From positions 1 through 40,499 of the forward strand of contig JBEIJY010000022.1 in assembly GCA_040380025.1 (NCBI GenBank): a stretch of DNA of 40,499 bases, in the 5' to 3' direction. Each line of letters opens with the position of its first letter. Position 1 is the stretch's first letter. The notes below the pieces were generated by a model, which saw only the letters and a list, made by a program, of their open reading frames with translations, had not been told where the DNA came from and did not search any database. Below are positions 7,491 to 17,034 of the stretch, one piece after another. A program made the position numbers and the translations under genes. This stretch comes from Bdellovibrionales bacterium (lineage in GTDB: Bacteria > Bdellovibrionota > UBA1018 > CAIMNF01).

Positions 7491-10097
7491 ATGACCTTCC
7501 GCCTTGATCCTGCAGCACCAGAGTGTTCCACTCCGCTGATGAAGCAATTCATCCAGTTGAAGGGACAAGCCGAAGGCGCCATCCTGTTTTTTCGGATGGG
7601 CGACTTTTATGAGCTTTTCGGCCAGGATGCGGTCGTCGCGGCGCCGATTTTGGGCGTCACCCTCACCTCGCGCGACAAAAAAAGCGAAAACCCCGTTCCG
7701 ATGGCGGGGATCCCCTTTCACAGCGCCACTGCTTATTTGCAAAAACTCCTCGATGCGGGCCACAAGGTCGCAATCGCCGAGCAAATCCTCCCCGAGGGAA
7801 TGACGGCCGATCAGATCAAGGGAATCGTCGAGCGCAAGATCGTGCGCGTCTTCACGCCGGCCGTGCAGTTCGAGCTGGGCGAGAGCACACGCCCGCGCTT
7901 TCTTGCCACCCTCGTCCCCGCCCCGCGCAATCAGTTCGTGCTGGCGCTTCTTGAGCCCGCCACCGGAGAGATCCGCATTTCGGGCCCTCTCGGAGCGCGA
8001 GAAGTTCTTTCTGAAAAACGCCTCCTCGAAATCCGGCATTTTTTGAAATTCTCGGACTCGATCCCGCACGAGGTCTTGCGCGCGCTCGAGTCGATGGACG
8101 AGCTTCTGATCGAAGAAATCGCAGAAAACTTCGTTTCGAGCTCGGACGTCGTGCCTCTTCTGCAAAAGCAGTACGGACGGCTCGCCCTGCCTCCGCTCCT
8201 GGACGACCCCGCTCCGGCCCGTGCGCTCGCGTTCTTGCTTCGCTATGTGCTTAGGACCCAGGGCCGCGAGACCCTTCCCCATCTTCGGGAGCCGAAGCCC
8301 CTGCACGAGCGCGATCGCCTCGAAGTGGGCCCGCACACGCATACGCACCTCGATACCGATGCCCTCTTCCGGACGATCCAAAAAACGGCGACCTCGATGG
8401 GCGCGCGCTTTCTGCGCTCGGAACTCGAAGCCCCGCTTCGGGATCTTCCGGCGCTCCGGGAGCGACAGGAGTCCGTGCGCGAGCTCTCGAGCGTGCCACG
8501 GATTTCGGAGCAAATCCATGCGGTGCTCTCGAAGGTTTATGACCTTGATCGCATCCTGGGCCGGGTGGCGGCGGGCCTTGCCCACCCCCGCGACACCTAC
8601 GCGCTGGGATCGAGCCTCTCGGCCGCATTCGAGCTGTGCGGGCCGATTTCGCGGTTCCGGTCGCAAGAGCTCTTGGCCATTGCGACGGCCCTGAAATCGA
8701 CCGGGAAAGTCCTTTTGCCCCTGGCTGAGCGCATTTTGAAGACTCAAAAACCCGATGCCCCGACCCACACCCGCGAAGGTGGCATCTTCGAGCGCGGCGC
8801 GGATCCGGGCCTGGACCGCTTGCTCGATCTGACCTCGCAGGGCGAGCGATTTTTGATCGAGCTCGAGACGCGCGAGCGCGAAGCGACCGGAATTTCATCG
8901 CTCAAAGTGCGCTACAACCGCGTGTTCGGGTATTTCATCGAGATTTCGAGCGCGAACTTGAAGAGCGTGCCCGCGCATTACCAGCGCAAGCAAACGATGG
9001 TCGGAGGAGAGCGGTTCTTCACCGAAGAACTGAAGCGCTTTGAAGAAGAAATCCTGAGCGCCTCTTCGCGCCAGAAAACGCTCGAAGCGAAGCTCTTTCA
9101 GGACCTTCTCGAGGCAATTCAGGCCGCATCCGAGGCGAGCAAGGAGCTCTCGCAGGCGATCGCAAAGCTCGACGCGTTCGGAAGCCTTGCCTTTCTTGCC
9201 GCCCGTCCGGGCTGGTCGTTTCCCGAGATCGACGACTCGTTCGAGTTCCGCCTGCGCGGCTCCCGCCACCCCGTGGTCGAAGCCGCGATGAAGGGCGATT
9301 TCGTGCCGAACGACATGGATCTCTCTCCCGAAGAGGGCCGGACGATTCTGATCACGGGGCCGAACATGGGCGGAAAATCCACGCTCATGCGCCAGATGGC
9401 GCTCATTCTGCTTTTGGGCCAGATCGGCGCGCCTGTTCCGGCCAGCGAGGCCCGCTGGGGGATTTTTCATTCCCTCTACACGCGGATCGGCGCGCAGGAT
9501 GCGATCGCGAAGGGCCAGAGCACCTTCATGGTCGAGATGGTCGAACTTGCGCATATTTTGCATCACGCGGACGCGCGATCGTTCGTCGTGCTCGATGAGA
9601 TCGGCCGGGGCACGAGCACCTACGACGGCATGAGCGTGGCCCAGGCGGCGCTCGAATACCTGCACGCGAATTCGGCCGCACGGATCGTGTTCGCCACCCA
9701 CTACCATGAGCTGACCTCGCTCGAAGACGAGATTCCGGGAATCCGGAACGCCCACATGAAGGTGCTCGATCAGGACGGAAGTCTGACTTTTCTGTATGAG
9801 ATCGCTCCCGGCAAATCCTCGAAGAGCTTCGGAATCCAGGTCGCCGAGCTGGCGGGACTTCCGAAGTCGGTCGTGAAGAAATCGTGGCAGATCCTGAAGC
9901 GTCTCGAGAGCAAGGCGAAGGAAGCCGCCGAAAAGACCCCGTCTCCGCAACTGTCGCTGTTTGAAGCGGCTCCGGTTTTGGAGCCCAAACCCGATTTTTT
10001 AAGAGAAGAGCTGGAATCGATCGATGTCGATCTTTTGCGTCCGATCGATGCCCTGCAGATTCTCTCGAGACTCCGGGAAACCCACCTGAAGAACTGA
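7491..10097 (+). CDS. mutS: DNA mismatch repair protein MutS
   Basis: TPLMKQF, FFRMGDFYELF, Walker A ITGPNMGGKST, STFMVEM, LDEIGRGTSTYDG, FATHYHEL. Confidence 0.98.
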   Translation: MTFRLDPAAPECSTPLMKQFIQLKGQAEGAILFFRMGDFYELFGQDAVVAAPILGVTLTSRDKKSENPVPMAGIPFHSATAYLQKLLDAGHKVAIAEQILPEGMTADQIKGIVERKIVRVFTPAVQFELGESTRPRFLATLVPAPRNQFVLALLEPATGEIRISGPLGAREVLSEKRLLEIRHFLKFSDSIPHEVLRALESMDELLIEEIAENFVSSSDVVPLLQKQYGRLALPPLLDDPAPARALAFLLRYVLRTQGRETLPHLREPKPLHERDRLEVGPHTHTHLDTDALFRTIQKTATSMGARFLRSELEAPLRDLPALRERQESVRELSSVPRISEQIHAVLSKVYDLDRILGRVAAGLAHPRDTYALGSSLSAAFELCGPISRFRSQELLAIATALKSTGKVLLPLAERILKTQKPDAPTHTREGGIFERGADPGLDRLLDLTSQGERFLIELETREREATGISSLKVRYNRVFGYFIEISSANLKSVPAHYQRKQTMVGGERFFTEELKRFEEEILSASSRQKTLEAKLFQDLLEAIQAASEASKELSQAIAKLDAFGSLAFLAARPGWSFPEIDDSFEFRLRGSRHPVVEAAMKGDFVPNDMDLSPEEGRTILITGPNMGGKSTLMRQMALILLLGQIGAPVPASEARWGIFHSLYTRIGAQDAIAKGQSTFMVEMVELAHILHHADARSFVVLDEIGRGTSTYDGMSVAQAALEYLHANSAARIVFATHYHELTSLEDEIPGIRNAHMKVLDQDGSLTFLYEIAPGKSSKSFGIQVAELAGLPKSVVKKSWQILKRLESKAKEAAEKTPSPQLSLFEAAPVLEPKPDFLREELESIDVDLLRPIDALQILSRLRETHLKN

Positions 10098-10104
10098 CCC
10101 TGTC

Positions 10105-12000
10105 ATGGACAAATCAAACCAAAAAAGACTCCTCCCCCTGACCCTTGGCGCCCTCGGAGTGGTGTTCGGCGACATCGGAACGAGCCCCCTTTACACCATC
10201 CAGGAATGCGTGCATCCCGGCCGCGGAGTGGATGGATCCGTCGAAAGCAATGTCTTCGGTCTCGTGTCGCTCATCTTCTGGTCGCTCCTGATGATCGTCA
10301 CCCTGAAGTACATTTTCTTCTTGATGCGCGCCGATAACCGCGGCGAAGGCGGGATCATGGCGCTCATGGCCCTTTTGCCCGAGAGCCTGAAGGTCCCGAG
10401 CCCGGGAAAAATCGGCGTTGCCGCCCTGTTCGTGATCGCCGGGGCCTCGCTCCTGTTCGGCGATGGAATCATCACGCCCGCGATTTCGGTTCTTTCGGCC
10501 GTCGAAGGACTCAAGGTCGTGTCGCCCGATCTCGAACATTTCGTGGTGCCATTGACGGTCGGGATCCTGATTGCGCTGTTCTCGGTGCAAAAAAAGGGAA
10601 CCCACCGGATCGGAAACTACTTCGGACCCGTGATGCTGGCCTGGTTTGGCTCGCTCGGGATCCTCGGAGTCATGCACATCGTGGATGCGCCCCGGGTGCT
10701 CCTGGCCCTCTCGCCCTCGTATGCGATTCAGTTCTTCTCGGACCACGGGTTCCACGCCTTCCGCATGCTCGGCTCGGTCGTCCTTGCCGTGACCGGAGGC
10801 GAGGCCCTGTATGCCGACATGGGACACTTCGGACGAAAGCCCATCCAAGTGGCGTGGCTGTTTTTGGTGTTTCCGTGTTTGATCCTGAATTATCTCGGAC
10901 AGGGCGCGTATCTGCTCAGTCACCCCGGGCATCAGGAGAGCGCCTTCTTTGGCATGGTTCCGACTCCGCTCCTGTACCCCATGATCTTCCTCGCCACCGC
11001 GGCCACGGTGATCGCATCGCAAGCCTTGATCTCGGGCGCGTTCTCGCTCTCGAGTCAGGCGATCCGCCTCGGGTATTTTCCGCGGCTCACGGTGAAGCAC
11101 ACCTCGGCCGAGGGGGAAGGCCAGATTTACGTGCCGCTCATCAACTCGGTGCTTGCGATTCTTTGCGTGGCGCTCGTGCTTTTGTTTCCGGCCTCGACCA
11201 AGCTTGCTTCGGCTTACGGACTTGCCGTGACGGGCACGATGACGATCACCTCGGTGATCTTCTTTTTGGTGATCCGGCACCGCTGGAAGTGGAATGCGAT
11301 CACCTCGTACGGGATTCTGATCCTGTTTTTGTGCTTCGATTTGCCGTTCTTGGGAGCAAATGCGCTTAAAATCCTGGACGGCGGCTGGATTCCGCTCTTT
11401 GTCGGGACCTTCTTTTTCTTGATCATGTGGGTATGGAAGATGGGACGGAGCCTGCTCGGCCGGCACTTTGTGCTGACCTCTGTGCCCATGGATGACTTCC
11501 TTGCGCGGATTCACACGCACGTGAAGTTCCGGATTTCGGGCACCGGGGTCTTCATGGCCTCGACCTCTAGCGGCGTTCCCCCCGTGCTCATGCGCATGGT
11601 GAATCGCTTTCAGTCCCTCCACGAAACGGTCATTCTGCTCACCGTGACCTCCGAAAACGTGCCGTTTTACTGCCGCTCGAAAGAAGAAACCGACCGGGTC
11701 GAGGTGTTCACTCTCCCCCATGGTTTTTACCGCGTGATCGTGCGCTACGGGTTCATGGAAAGCCCCGATATTCCGGTGTGCATGGGAGTGGCACTCCAGA
11801 AGCTGAAGCTCGGGACCTCGCCCAAGGATGTGCAGTATGTGCTCGGGCATGAGACCTTCGTCGAATACGAGAGCGGACAGATGTCGCGCTCGAAGCAGGC
11901 GATCTTCTCGTTTCTTTCGAGAAACGCCCGGAACGCCACCGATTACTTCGGACTTCCCCCTTCGCAGGTGGTGGAGCTCGGGACACACATCGATTTGTAG
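10105..12000 (+). CDS. kup: KUP/HAK/KT potassium transporter
   Basis: LGVVFGDIGTSPLY, ADNRGEGG, GDGIITPAISVLSAVEG, EALYADMGHF, terminal VVELGTHI. Confidence 0.97.
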   Translation: MDKSNQKRLLPLTLGALGVVFGDIGTSPLYTIQECVHPGRGVDGSVESNVFGLVSLIFWSLLMIVTLKYIFFLMRADNRGEGGIMALMALLPESLKVPSPGKIGVAALFVIAGASLLFGDGIITPAISVLSAVEGLKVVSPDLEHFVVPLTVGILIALFSVQKKGTHRIGNYFGPVMLAWFGSLGILGVMHIVDAPRVLLALSPSYAIQFFSDHGFHAFRMLGSVVLAVTGGEALYADMGHFGRKPIQVAWLFLVFPCLILNYLGQGAYLLSHPGHQESAFFGMVPTPLLYPMIFLATAATVIASQALISGAFSLSSQAIRLGYFPRLTVKHTSAEGEGQIYVPLINSVLAILCVALVLLFPASTKLASAYGLAVTGTMTITSVIFFLVIRHRWKWNAITSYGILILFLCFDLPFLGANALKILDGGWIPLFVGTFFFLIMWVWKMGRSLLGRHFVLTSVPMDDFLARIHTHVKFRISGTGVFMASTSSGVPPVLMRMVNRFQSLHETVILLTVTSENVPFYCRSKEETDRVEVFTLPHGFYRVIVRYGFMESPDIPVCMGVALQKLKLGTSPKDVQYVLGHETFVEYESGQMSRSKQAIFSFLSRNARNATDYFGLPPSQVVELGTHIDL

Positions 12001-12017
12001 GAAGATTGCGGGTTTTC

Positions 12018-12218
12018 AAACTGTCCCCTTTCATTGTGCTTGTTTCATGGAGGGGATCGGGAGAGGTCTCGGGCATGATTCCGTTTTTACCTCCATGCCG
12101 CGTCCTGCGGCCTCGCTTGCGGCTGTCCTGCCTCGCGAGAGTCGGCAAAAACCGAATCATGCCCGAGACCTCTCCCGATCCCTCCACCTGAATCGAGCAC
12201 AATGAAAGGGGACAGTTT
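12018..12218. repeat. Palindromic intergenic element copy 1: ~70-bp inverted arms around a divergent 58-bp core (12089-12146)
   Basis: 12018-12040 AAACTGTCCCCTTTCATTGTGCT is the exact reverse complement of 12196-12218. Inner arm GGGATCGGGAGAGGTCTCGGGCATGATTC pairs with GAATCATGCCCGAGACCTCTCCCGATCCC. The core aligns to copies 2-4 with about 9 substitutions and 1 indel. Confidence 0.95.
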
Positions 12219-12297
12219 TTGAATCCACGATCGCGCCAGCCCATGTACGGGGAAAGAAGCCCGCCTCTTCCGTGCCGATTTGTGATAGAAACCCCTT

Positions 12298-13332
12298 ATG
12301 TCTACCGCAGAAACCGGAGTCCTTCTTTTGAATCTCGGATCCCCCCGCAGTCCTGACCCTGCTGATGTGCGCGCCTATTTGAAGCAATTTTTGAATGATC
12401 CGTATGTGATCGACATTCCCTGGTTCTTCCGCAAGCTTCTTGTCGATGGAATCATCCTGAACACGAGGCCAAAAAAATCCGCCGAGGCCTATTCGCAGAT
12501 CTGGACCAAAGAAGGCTCGCCGCTGATCGAACACACCAAGGGCCTTGCAAGCAAGGTCCGCTCGAAGCTCGATCAGCCGTCGCGGCCGGTGTCGCTCAAG
12601 ATGGCCATGCGCTACGGATCCCCTTCGATTGAAGAGGCGCTCCGCGAATTCCAGAACGAAGGCGTGCGGGAGCTCGTGTTCCTGCCGCTCTACCCGCAGT
12701 ACTCGTATGCGGCAAGCGAGAGCTCGATTGCGGAATTTGAACGCATTCAGCAATCGATTCTGCCCCATGTGAAAACCCGCGTGATCGAGGACTTTTTTTC
12801 GGAACCCGATTTCCTGACCGCGCTCGCCGCGACCCTGAAGCCGGTACTGGAAGAACAGAAGCCGGATTTGCTGCTTCTGAGCTACCACGGCGTCCCCGAG
12901 CGACAGCTCACGAAAGTGCGGACGAAGCCCGCGGAATGCGGCTCACCCGGATGTTGCGATCACTGGAGCGAGAAGAACCTGAAGTGCTACCGCGCCCAGT
13001 GCTTTGAGACCTCTCGGCGAATCACGCGCGAGCTTGGGCTTGCGCCCGAAAAAGTCATGACGACGTTTCAGTCCCGCCTCGGGCGGACGAAATGGATCGA
13101 GCCCTACACCGATGTGGTTCTCGAAGACCTGCCGAAGCGCGGGATCAAGAACCTCGTCGTGGCATCGCCCTCGTTCACGGCCGACTGCCTCGAGACGCTC
13201 GAAGAAATCCAGATCCGCTACCGAGAGCTGTTTTTGGAATCGGGCGGCGAGCGCTTCACGTATGTGCCGTGCTTGAACTCGCGCGATGATTTCGCCGACT
13301 TCCTGGCGGAACTCGTGCTTCCCTCGAACTGA
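12298..13332 (+). CDS. hemH: Ferrochelatase
   Basis: LLLNLGSP, AMRYGSPSI, PLYPQYS, SYHGVP, FQSRLG, WIEPYT, FTADCLETLEEI. Confidence 0.97.
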   Translation: MSTAETGVLLLNLGSPRSPDPADVRAYLKQFLNDPYVIDIPWFFRKLLVDGIILNTRPKKSAEAYSQIWTKEGSPLIEHTKGLASKVRSKLDQPSRPVSLKMAMRYGSPSIEEALREFQNEGVRELVFLPLYPQYSYAASESSIAEFERIQQSILPHVKTRVIEDFFSEPDFLTALAATLKPVLEEQKPDLLLLSYHGVPERQLTKVRTKPAECGSPGCCDHWSEKNLKCYRAQCFETSRRITRELGLAPEKVMTTFQSRLGRTKWIEPYTDVVLEDLPKRGIKNLVVASPSFTADCLETLEEIQIRYRELFLESGGERFTYVPCLNSRDDFADFLAELVLPSN

Positions 13333-14339
13333 GGCAGCAAAGCAAGGCGCGCAAGCGCCTTCCGGACGGGTGCCGGAACTCCCGGCGGATTCGCGACTTC
13401 GAACCACGCGTTCCGGAGCTTGTCTTCGTTTGTTCTCCTTGAGCATCGAAACACCCGGTGCGTGCGTTCGACCTTGTGCCGGGTCACCACGTACGAAAGA
13501 TCGAATTCGCTCAAAAGGGCAAGCCCCGTTTCATCCGGCGCAAGCGTCGCGGGAAAATCCCAAAGTCCCTCGCGCCACGCGCCCGCCCCGTTTTTTTGAA
13601 GGAGCACCTCAAGGCCCCGGTCTCCGCTTCGCACGAGCACCATGCGCGTCTCGCGCAGATGCTTCCATTCTTTTTTTGCCTTGGGCGCCGGGAAGGCCTG
13701 AGGAGCGGATTTGCCGGTGCATTCCGAGGCCACCGGGCACGCTTCGCACTTCGGACTCTTCGGCGTGCAGACCACGGCTCCGAGCTCCATCAGCGCCTGA
13801 TTGAGCACGCGCGGATCGGCGTTTTTGGTTTCGACGAGCGAGCGCGCAAGGTTCCAGATCTCGGTTTTCTTCGAGTCGAGGGTTGCGATCGAGTGCAGAC
13901 GCGAGAGCACGCGAACGACGTTTCCGTCGACGATCGGTTCTCGTTGTCCGAGCGCGATCGAGCACACGGCACCGGCCGTGTATTCGCCGACCCCCGGAAT
14001 CGCAAGCCACTCCGCGCGGTTTGCCGGAAATCCCTCGTTTCGTTCAAGGCGCGCGGCAATCGCCTTCGCACCCCGATGAAGATTCCGCGCCCGGGAGTAG
14101 TACCCGAGCCCCGCCCAGAGGCGGAACACCCGCTCCTCGTCAGCCCGTGCGAGATCGCCAATGGCCGGAAATTCTTGAAGAAACCGCTCAAAATACGGGA
14201 TCACCGTTGCGACCCTCGTTTGCTGGAGCATGACCTCCGAGAGCCACACGCGGTAGGGATCGGGGGTCTTGCGCCAGGGCAGGTCGCGCGCGTTTTTTTC
14301 GAACCAGATGCTCAGTTTTTTGACGATTTTGACGCTCAC
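13218..14339 (-). CDS. mutY: A/G-specific adenine glycosylase (start reassigned to GTG 14339)
   Basis: RDLPWR, SEVMLQQT, WAGLGYYSRARNL, HhH IPGVGEYTAGA, VDGNVVRV, FCL motif CTPKSPKCEACPVASEC. The longer ORF start (14453) overlaps the divergent amidase gene. Confidence 0.93.
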   Translation of the reverse strand: MSVKIVKKLSIWFEKNARDLPWRKTPDPYRVWLSEVMLQQTRVATVIPYFERFLQEFPAIGDLARADEERVFRLWAGLGYYSRARNLHRGAKAIAARLERNEGFPANRAEWLAIPGVGEYTAGAVCSIALGQREPIVDGNVVRVLSRLHSIATLDSKKTEIWNLARSLVETKNADPRVLNQALMELGAVVCTPKSPKCEACPVASECTGKSAPQAFPAPKAKKEWKHLRETRMVLVRSGDRGLEVLLQKNGAGAWREGLWDFPATLAPDETGLALLSEFDLSYVVTRHKVERTHRVFRCSRRTNEDKLRNAWFEVANPPGVPAPVRKALARLALLPQFEGSTSSARKSAKSSREFKHGTYVKRSPPDSKNSSR

Positions 14340-14367
14340 AAGGAGCGCATGATATCCTCGAACAGGC

Positions 14368-15204
14368 GTGACGAGGAAATCATTTTTTACCGCATTTCTG
14401 CCCCTTCTGATCGGGACTCTCGGCAGTCTCCCCGCGCGCGGCACATCCGGCAACCCGAAATTCCTGGTCGTGATCGATCCAGGGCACGGCGGCTCCGACC
14501 GGGGTGCGGTTCACCAATCGGGCTCGGTCACACTGACCGAAAAGCACTTCACGCTTTTGCTGGCACGCGATCTTGCGCGCGAGCTGATCATCCGCGGACA
14601 CAATGTGATTCTGACCCGGAACGATGACCGCGATGTGCTGTTGAGCGACCGGACCGCGCTCGCCAACCGCGTGAAGGCCGATATTTTCATCTCGCTTCAT
14701 CTGAATTCGAGCGAAGAACAGATCCGCTCGGGCGGGATGGAGACCTTCATTCTGAATCATGCGAGCGATGCGACCTCGCGCCGGCTTGCCGAGTTCGAGA
14801 ATTCCGTGCTGAAGGAATCACAGGCGAATTCGGATTCGTCGAACGTGTCGCTCATCATGAAGGACCTCATGCTCGATGCGAACCTGACTCCGTCACGGGA
14901 CCTTGCCTGCTCGGTGCAATCGCGGATCAGCGTGAATGCGCGCGATCGCGGCGTGAAACAAGCGCTCTTTTATGTGCTTCTCGGGGCCGACATGCCGAGC
15001 ATCCTGATCGAATCGGGATTCATGAATTCCAAAGAAGACCGGGACCGGATTCTCTTCACCCGTCCCCGCATGGTGCTCGCGGCGCAAATCGCGCGCGCGG
15101 TCGATGATTACCGGCTCAAACGGAAACTCGCCCCCTGCAACGTGCTGAGCGAAAAACAGTTCCAACGAAAAGCGGAATTGCCGCGTCCCCGGAATCAGAT
15201 CTGA
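14368..15204 (+). CDS. N-acetylmuramoyl-L-alanine amidase (Amidase_3 catalytic domain with signal peptide)
   Basis: VVIDPGHGG, TEK, LTRNDD, FISLHLN, PSILIESGF; hydrophobic N-terminus. Confidence 0.93.
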   Translation: MTRKSFFTAFLPLLIGTLGSLPARGTSGNPKFLVVIDPGHGGSDRGAVHQSGSVTLTEKHFTLLLARDLARELIIRGHNVILTRNDDRDVLLSDRTALANRVKADIFISLHLNSSEEQIRSGGMETFILNHASDATSRRLAEFENSVLKESQANSDSSNVSLIMKDLMLDANLTPSRDLACSVQSRISVNARDRGVKQALFYVLLGADMPSILIESGFMNSKEDRDRILFTRPRMVLAAQIARAVDDYRLKRKLAPCNVLSEKQFQRKAELPRPRNQI

Positions 15205-15234
15205 TTCCAGTCTCGCGTTTCTTCCCTCATTCGC

Positions 15235-15741
15235 TCAGGCATCCATGGAAAGCCATTTTTTGATCTGATCCGGCAGATCCGGTGTATTGAGATCGGCATT
15301 CACATGCCGGAGCACTTCGGCCGGCGGAAGATTCCGCTGATCCCCCCGGAACAGCGACTTCACGAGCGCTACGGCAATCGTGCGGTTTTTTCGTTCGAAA
15401 CGCTGCTCGATGTAGAACCACTTTTCGTCCCAACCGAGGAGCCTCGTACGGAGACGGTAGCGCTGGAACGGCAAAAGCGACATCTTGTAGCGGATGTTCA
15501 CCGCCCCCGCCAGCGGTTGCCAGCGATGACGCAGAAGGGTCGGAGCAAGCCCGGTCCGGATCAGCAAATCGAGCCTTCCGAGATCCATCACGGCGAGAAA
15601 TCGCCCGTTGTTCATGTGCAGATTGAAATCCAGATCGTTCGGACACACCCTGAGGTTCAGGACTGATTCTTCAAGCGGCGCAATCCTGCTCCGGAAGCAC
15701 GCCCGGACCACCACCCCGATCAGACGGATCAGGAGATTCAT
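15235..15741 (-). CDS. Hot-dog fold thioesterase (4HBT-like)
   Basis: DLDFNLHMNNGRFL and WDEKWFYIEQRF. ATG 15741 overlaps the holA stop (ATGA), so I chose it over 15786. Confidence 0.88.
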   Translation of the reverse strand: MNLLIRLIGVVVRACFRSRIAPLEESVLNLRVCPNDLDFNLHMNNGRFLAVMDLGRLDLLIRTGLAPTLLRHRWQPLAGAVNIRYKMSLLPFQRYRLRTRLLGWDEKWFYIEQRFERKNRTIAVALVKSLFRGDQRNLPPAEVLRHVNADLNTPDLPDQIKKWLSMDA

Positions 15742-16748
15742 GAAGCCCCGCCGGGACGTTTCGAGTCGAACACGAGGGAGGTCCAAAGGCCAAGTCCCTC
15801 GAGGCGCGTATTTTTGAGCGAAAAATCGACCTCAAACAACGCATGCTCGAGGCTCCGGATGCTCGTGGAGTTCCAGAAGCGGGACCAGCGCTCGAGCTTC
15901 GGCTGAAGTGCGGGATTCCGGCGCTCAGTCGCAGGGGCTCGGGATTCGCGTTCCAACAAAAACTGCTTCAGTTGCCGCAGATTCCATGCAAGAAGCCCGA
16001 GAAACGGAAGCTGGGTCTCGAGGTCATCCGAAAAAAGATGCACCAGCGCAAGCGCACGCTTCGAGTCGCGGACGAAGATCGCATCGAGGAACTCGTCGCG
16101 GGCATGGGCTGTGATTCCGGTGCGAAGAATCTCGGATCGCAGATGCTCATCGGAGCCCACAAGCTCGAGTTTCGAGATTTCCTGATCGATGATCTCGAGG
16201 CTCCAAGGCTCAAGGCCCCGAAGCTCCAGACGCTCAGAATCGGTCAGCTTGAAGTTCCGGCGCTTCGCCAAAAAATCGATCCATGCCTCGCGCTCCGCCT
16301 CCTTCACCTCTTCGCAGGGAACGGCAGCGGCGAGCTCGGTGATCGTCTTTGCGGCTTTTTTGCGTCCATCGAGGGAGTTTGCAACGAACACGAGAACGCT
16401 CGTGAATTCCTCGGGCGCGGCGGGCTTGGTCGAGGCGAGAGATTCAAGATATTCGGCCAAGGGGTCGAGTGCACGGATCTCGCCCGCATTGCGCACCACC
16501 ATGAGCTTCGTACCGCCCATCATGGAGGGACTCTGGGCCGAGTCGAGCAGGGCCTGAAGCGGAGCCTCGGAGGAATCCCAGCGCTCGGAGTTGAAATCAT
16601 TGGGTGTTTGATCCTGAAGGACTGCCTTTTGGATCTTCTTCATGAGCTCGCGGGCTTTCATGCGCTCGGGCCCGAAGAGGAAGTACACGGGGCGGACCAG
16701 GCCCTTTTCGAGCTCTTTTTGGACGGCTTTGGGCTCCAGCTTTGGCAT
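15738..16748 (-). CDS. holA: DNA polymerase III delta subunit
   Basis: PVYFLFGPE, DFN...D, SMMGGTKLMVVRNA, LDGRKK, QEISKL, EVDFSLKN; 336 aa. Confidence 0.85.
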   Translation of the reverse strand: MPKLEPKAVQKELEKGLVRPVYFLFGPERMKARELMKKIQKAVLQDQTPNDFNSERWDSSEAPLQALLDSAQSPSMMGGTKLMVVRNAGEIRALDPLAEYLESLASTKPAAPEEFTSVLVFVANSLDGRKKAAKTITELAAAVPCEEVKEAEREAWIDFLAKRRNFKLTDSERLELRGLEPWSLEIIDQEISKLELVGSDEHLRSEILRTGITAHARDEFLDAIFVRDSKRALALVHLFSDDLETQLPFLGLLAWNLRQLKQFLLERESRAPATERRNPALQPKLERWSRFWNSTSIRSLEHALFEVDFSLKNTRLEGLGLWTSLVFDSKRPGGAS

Positions 16749-16896
16749 AGGGATGAAAAAGTTGTACCGAGGGCCCCCGCATTTGGAAAGGCAAAAGCCC
16801 GGGCGGGTTCAGGGAGGCGCGAGGACGGTTCCTTCTTCGCCTGTGCCGGGGATGCGGAGTGCTGGTTGAGATGGGGAGGCACATCAAGAAGGGATT

Positions 16897-16953
16897 GCCT
16901 CCGAGCCGGGTCCTCCGGCCTCGCTTTCGCCATCCTGGCTCGCGAGAGTCGGC
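16897..16953. repeat. Intergenic element copy 2: 57-bp core without matching inverted arms
   Basis: GCCTCCGAGCCGGGTCCTCCGGCCTCGCTTTCGCCATCCTGGCTCGCGAGAGTCGGC is the exact reverse complement of 40414-40470 and 55/57 identical to 36485-36541. Confidence 0.95.
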
Positions 16954-17034
16954 GAAAACTAAATCATTCCCACCCCCTTGGGCGCACACGCAGGGCGCAA
17001 AAGCACATCGAAAGGGAGCAGTTTGGAATCTCCC

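Noticed and set aside
10114..11988. Long antisense ORFs (e.g. 10114-11988, 5897-7393, 7473-8768, 15843-17120, 16978-18405, 17882-19399)
   Set aside because: These are shadow frames opposite well-supported genes, expected in GC-rich DNA, and have no recognisable motifs.
12006..12191. Small ORFs across the palindromic elements (12006-12191, 36420-36623, 36458-36760, 16859-17113, 40113-40472) sharing peptides such as PPSRVLRPRFRHPGSRESA
   Set aside because: The similarity comes from the DNA repeat. Starts and stops differ between copies and the copy 1 core has a 1-bp indel, so conservation is not at the protein level.
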